From an uncultured bacterium (GTDB taxonomy: Bacteria > Omnitrophota > Omnitrophia > Omnitrophales > Aquincolibacteriaceae): a DNA stretch of 64,000 bases. Position 1 is the stretch's first letter. Each line of letters opens with the position of its first letter. The stretch covers positions 44,426 through 108,425 of the forward strand of contig CAYLPP010000007.1 of NCBI GenBank assembly GCA_964385615.1. Direction: 5' to 3'. A program made the translations under genes and the position numbers. Under the pieces are notes generated by a model. That model ran no database searches and was not told the origin of the DNA. It worked only from the letters and a program-made list of their open reading frames with translations. This document shows, piece by piece, positions 55,701 through 61,700 of the stretch.

Positions 55701-58700
55701 TAAGATTCCGGACCAGCAATCGGGCGTTTTGAGCGATCGCTTTATCCACAAATCCAGTCTCGATCGCTTGTACAACCCGGTTCCCGATAAATTCCGTAAG
55801 ATCTTTGTCAATCGTTCCTCCGCCCGCGTTGAAAAACGCGATCGCGGCGTCAACCCGAAGCTGGGCTGTGGCGGCTTCAGGATTGGGTCCGCCGATCACA
55901 ATCAGGTTTGAAAACGCTTCTTTAATATCCGCGACCACGGCCGCCTTTAAATCGAGCAGATTAAAACGATTCGCGTAACGGGCGACCTGAGCTCCAATTT
56001 GAAAGTCCGTAGGCGTCACATTTCCCGTCGACAGGACTTTTGCCTGAACCAGCTTGCTAATTAAATTCCGGACAAAATCAGTATCATTTTTAGTATTTAA
56101 ACCTCCCAGCCCGACCGTAACGGCCACTTGAAGCTGGGTTTTCTTATCCAGGAAAGTCGAAAGGCCCTGATCCGCCGCCTTAAGGATATTGACAAGCAGG
56201 TTGTTGGCCTGTTTCTTGAGGTCTGAGTTGGTAAACGGACTTTGAACTTTTTGCGCCAGCAGAACCGTCAACGCCGCGCGCTGCTGGTCAAGCGTTCCGC
56301 CCGCTTCAAAAATCTTCTGAATATCTTTGTTATTTTCCGCCGCTTTCTTGATCAGATCCTGAAGTTCAGCCGCGGTAGGAGCTTTGATGCCCAAAGCTTT
56401 CAAAAGAGCCTGAATCGCGGGGTTGGCCGCGAAATCCCCCATGTTCAGCAGAGCGACCAATTCCAGCAGCTGCTTGGTTTCTTTATTGTGTTTCTCTTTC
56501 TCAATCGCGGCCTTGCGGGCTTCTTCCAGTTTCTTTTTATCTACCGGCTTGGCGTCCCGGCGCTTGATGCCGGATTTGTTCAGAGCCGCTTCTTCAGCCG
56601 CTTTCTTATCCGCCAACGCTTTCTGCTCGCGCTGAACTTCTTCAAACGTCCTGACCGTCCAGCGGGGCTTCTTGCCCATCATTTCATAAACCTGTTCCTG
56701 GCCGTAACGGGCGACATCAAAGAGAATCGACATCAGGTAAATCACGATCGCGGAATTACTTTCACCGGACGCCGGATCCACACTGCCAAGCTTGACTTTC
56801 AGCTGGGCCAGTTTAGTTTGATAACGCTGTTTCGCGTCTTTTAGACGGGTATCCCGGATATTGACCAGGTTGTTGGGGTCGTCAGGCGCCGGGCCTTCTT
56901 CCGGAGTAGGCGAAGCATTCGGGTTATTTTTGTCGTAATCGGTGTCAAGCGGGAACGAGTCCTTGTCTTCAGCCCAGCCGTCAGCCAATTCTTCAAGATC
57001 ATCACTAAGCGCTTCAGACAGATCGTGAACCCCTTCATGATAGGTGCGCCAAATGACATGCCAGTGTCCTTCGATCCAAACTTGACCTTCCGCGTCCCAG
57101 TGCCCATACATGTATTCAAAGTAAGCATTGTAATCGTCATTGCGCTGAGTGCAGGAACCGTCCAGAGGCTCATAGCACCCGCCTGAACCAATGAGAATAT
57201 ATTTTCCAAGAAGGGTGCTTTCATCCGCCCAGGCATCGGTACGGGCCGTGTGGTATATCTCAAGAATGTCATAGTAGAACTGAACTTTCGCGTCTACATA
57301 GGCGTTGGTATAGGTTTCCATCCGGCTGCGCAATTCTTTCGCGTTGAAGAGCGCGTTTTCGTAAATCCCAATGCGCATATCAAACTCAGCCGCGTGTTCA
57401 AAAAACATCCGGGACATCCGGGCCATGAATTCAGGAACATTGAAAGAAAGCATCGCGATATTGGCGAAAAACATCCGCTGAGCCTGAATATACCAACGGC
57501 CGGCAACTTTGGAAGCCGTGCGGAGCTTTTTATAAACATAGAGATCTTCACGGATATTGCCGATCCCGGGAACCGTGATCGACATAAAGTCGTCAAACAT
57601 GGCCTGCGCGCCGTTCGCGGTTGTACCGCCGAGAATATCGTCACGGATGTGCTTGTACTTCTCCATCCGGTCTTCATCAATCTTGTCGAGCATCTCGTAG
57701 AAGCCGTCACCGCCGTTCAAACTGGTGTTGAGGGCTTCAAAAACAGCGCTCACATGATCTCTGAAAAAGGTGATCTGGGATTCATAATAATCTTCGCGCC
57801 GAAGGTCAGTATCATCTTCAAGCTTGTGCGCAAGATCCGCTTCTTTCTTGGTGTGATAGTTCTCACGAGTCGGACGCGGACCAATCAGCGAGAAGCCGTT
57901 TGGCCAGACCCCAGCCCAAACCGAATGCCAGTTCAGCGTAATGCTGTGATTTTCACCCTGATCAACCACAACCCCATCCCTGGTATGAACCCAGCTGGTT
58001 CTCCAGGCATTTCCAATTTCCGCATTCCACCACTCATTGGTCCAGGTTTCAACATGGTGCGCGCCAGGATGATAAATAAATTGTCCGCCCGCGCCACCTT
58101 CCACGACCACAGGCCCCTCTGGTCCCGGCGGCATGGGGCCAGGATTGTCCGGAACCCATTCCCAGGTACCTTCTTCATCCCATTCGTTAGTCCAAGTATC
58201 CGTGTTATAAGTCGCAGCAGCACTGGGAATCGCGTCAATTTGCTGCTGATAAGAGTTATCGATCTGCTCATTAAGATTCTGTTCAATGTCATCAATATCT
58301 TCGGTAATCTTGGCTTTCATCAATTCATAATCACTGCCCTCGCCGACCTTACGTTCGTCTCCTTCCCAAAAAATCAGTTTAGAAACGTAGTCGTCACGGA
58401 TTGCTTTGAGTTCCATAATCAGATCATCTTTAATCCCGGGAATCACATTCTGGAAAAGATCATCAACCTCACTCACAATATCATCGTGATAACCCTGGAA
58501 ATTGCTTTCCGGGCCAAACTCAGCTCCCTCCCACGCCGCGCGGGAGGCATTGATAGCGTTATTGGCATCATTTTCGGCGTTCATAATATCCGTCGAAAAT
58601 TTGTTGTAAGCGTTGTTGATCCGTTCCCAATAACTATTCTGAAGCTCTAAATTGGTTTGATAGTCTTCCTGCTCCTGCTTGTAACGGTCCCATTCTTTTC

Positions 58701-61700
58701 CCCGGTCTGAAGAATAGGTCTTGGCAAGATCATGCGTGCTAAGAAGGTAGTCTTTGCGGGCTTTCACCAAATTGAAACGCTCTTCCGCGCCCAGATAATC
58801 GAGATTATTCGAGCCATTCGAGGCCATGCCGTCAACCCCTCGCTGCTCCGGCTGAATCACCGCGTATTCAGGAGGAACTCCCAGATACGGAGGGGTCATT
58901 CCCGCTTCACCATAACAGCCAGGTTCGTAGTAGGTGTAGCACCCGTAACCGCCGTAGGTGTTGTACCAATATCTCCAAGGCATCCAGGGAACTTCTCCGG
59001 GGCCGGGATTATTGTGTTCATAGGGGTAGTAGCCATAACCGTAAACATCAAACGGGTTATAGTAATAATAGTAGTTGTAACAGTAATAACCGCAATAACC
59101 GTAGTTGTAATACGGATCAGAAACACTGGCCGGCGTAATCTGGAAAACACCTTTGGCTCCGCCCCGGATATTCAAAATGTTTTTCATTTTGGTGGAAGCG
59201 GCATCCGTTGCGGTTTTCAGCTGTTTCTCGAGGTCAATTTTATTCGCGGCAAACGCCTGCGCTTTACGCTGAATCACGGAAGTCCAGACACCGTAGCAGC
59301 CGAATTCGTTCTGAGGACAATCCGTAGTGCCCGGGTCAAGAAGAGTCGCCATCAAATCGTCAAGTTCAGCCCGGTAATCATAAAGCCCATAGCTTTCAAT
59401 TCCGTCCGCGTTCACGTACCCGCCGCCGTCCATCATATTTTCAAACTCAGTCATTTGAGCTTCCATGAAATCGCCGATCCAAACTCCATAGGTGCCGTAA
59501 AAATCATCGTAGGGGCCGTAGATTTGCTTAATCCCTTTAAGATTGTGAGCTCCGATGGCGGCGGCAATATCAGCCTCCGCGGTAACATCCCCGTCGGTCG
59601 TGTCAAAAAGCATCGCCTGAATCGCGGCCCAGCGTTTGACCCGCTTTTCATAGTTGGCGTCAAGACCGCTTTCTTCCTGAACATTGACGCCGTATTCAAT
59701 CGTATTATTTTGAAGGTCGGTCAAAAGAGCCGATTGATACGTATAGAGTTTTTGTTTATCAAAACCAGCCTTAAGATCAGCGTGATTGCAGGCATAACCG
59801 CTGTTAGCCAGGCACGCGTTGAAAAGGATATACAACGCGCTGTTCCCGCCGAACAACCACCACCAATTTTGATAGCCGTCCGGGATCGCACGGTCATTTG
59901 TGTTTATAATTTTTACGGCCGCGTCAAGAATCTTGCGGGAGTAATCGATGCTGTTTTGATATTTACGGTCAATGACCGTCAACTTCAAAGCGATCAGACT
60001 GAAGCCGTGGGTGTAGTAAGCCTGGACTTCCTTCTCAATATCTTCCTGGTATTCATCATATTGAGTTCCCAAGGCGTCGATATAATCCTGGTGAATCTTT
60101 TCCAGGGTTTTGGTCACTTCCGCCGTATAGTTCCCCATGGTCGCCAGAGGAAGCGATAATCTCTTGTCCAGCAAGGTCGTCTGCGTTGCCACAGTATCCG
60201 CATAGACACTGTCATTTCGATTGATCCGGTCGGCTGAAAAGATATCATTCATCGCGGCCCCGAGACTGCTAAAACGGATCGCCATGTCCCATTCCTGCAC
60301 GTACACATACCCGCCGGCCGTCATGACAAGACCTTCCGCATTTTTCTGGTAATCGCAAATCTGGGCGGGGCCGCAGTTTCTATTGAACGGAGCTACGTTA
60401 AAAATCGGCTTATCAACATAATTAAGGAAAATATTACCGACAGATGATTTATAGTCGGAGAACGCAAAATCAAACCGGAACCAGAAATCATCGCTGGAGG
60501 ATTCCATATCAGACCGGTAATTAGGCATAAAACCGTCGATATCCCCCTTCAGCGCGGTCTCTGCCGCGGTCGCTGACGCGTTGTAAGCCGCTTCCGCCGC
60601 GACATAGTCGTTCCAGACGCCATCCATCCGGGCGAGAACATCATCCGGCGTATCCCCGACAGCCGGATCCGCGGGCGGATATTTCACGGTCGCGTCATAG
60701 TCCAGCGCTTCTGAGAAAACAAATTTCGCTTTTCCGATCCTGGAGTCAAAATCTGCGAAAGCAATCGTCTGAGACGCGAGATAAATCCGCCGCTCAACGC
60801 TCTTGTCTGTTTTGAGCGGGAAAGAGTGGTTTCTGTAAAAGTCATAATCGGAACGCGATCCCCGGTCATTGGCAATGATCGCCATCTGAGCGGCATACCC
60901 CTGGGTCATCGTCGCGGTATTCAGTTCAGCCGCGATTTTAGCGTAGTCGGTAATATGAGAAATCAGAGTCTTGAGATTTTTCTCCATCCGGTTGAAATAA
61001 TTGGCCGTGGATTCTTTTTTAACTTGACCGGCATTGTCAGGGTCCCAGTAGGCGACAACATTTCCACCTTGAATTTTAGGCTTGGGAATCTGCATGCTCT
61101 GCTGATTGATGTAAACCGCCGCGCCGTTGACTGATGTGAATTCCGGCACCAGCTTGTCCTTATCGACATATTCATAAAGTTTTGATTTAAGCTGCTGTCC
61201 AAGCGCGTTATTCTCGTCACCCTTACCGTAAGCCTCAAAAAGCTCTTCGAGCTTATCCTTCACGCTCAAAGCGCCGAAGGCGTTCGGCTTCGAAATATCA
61301 ACGTCCTTGTTGTACTGATCAACCGCGTCTTTAACGTCCTGCTTGTAGGTTGTATACGCCTGATCTTCGGCATTACCCGCGTTCAGAGCATTTTTATACT
61401 TGTCAGCCGCGGCTTTGACCGCGTTCACTAAGGTCGTCTTCGCCTGATTGATGGTGTTCGTATAAGCCGTCAGAACCGGATTCAAAGCGGCTAGAAGCGC
61501 GGCTTCAGAAATGCCCAGCTGATTGGTCAGGTTGGTGTAATTCGCATTGTCAGGCCAATAACCGCCGTTAAAGAGCGCGTCATCCACTTTATCCGCAGCC
61601 ATGTTCATAAAAGTCTTGTATCCGGTCAGCAGCTTGGGGCGAAGAGACAAACCCGGGGTTTCGTATTTATCCGTACCCGCGTCATCCCAGGTGAAATCAG

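Noticed and set aside
58732-60159. Long plus-strand ORFs antisense to the giant gene (for example 58732..60159, 475 aa; 57250..58650, 466 aa; 21502..22728, 408 aa; 24328..25239, 303 aa)
   Set aside because: They lie entirely inside the minus-strand megaprotein ORF, whose translation is strongly protein-like (domains, repeats, TM helices). Their own translations are low-complexity, Arg/Gly/Phe-rich and typical of antisense frames of GC-rich coding DNA.
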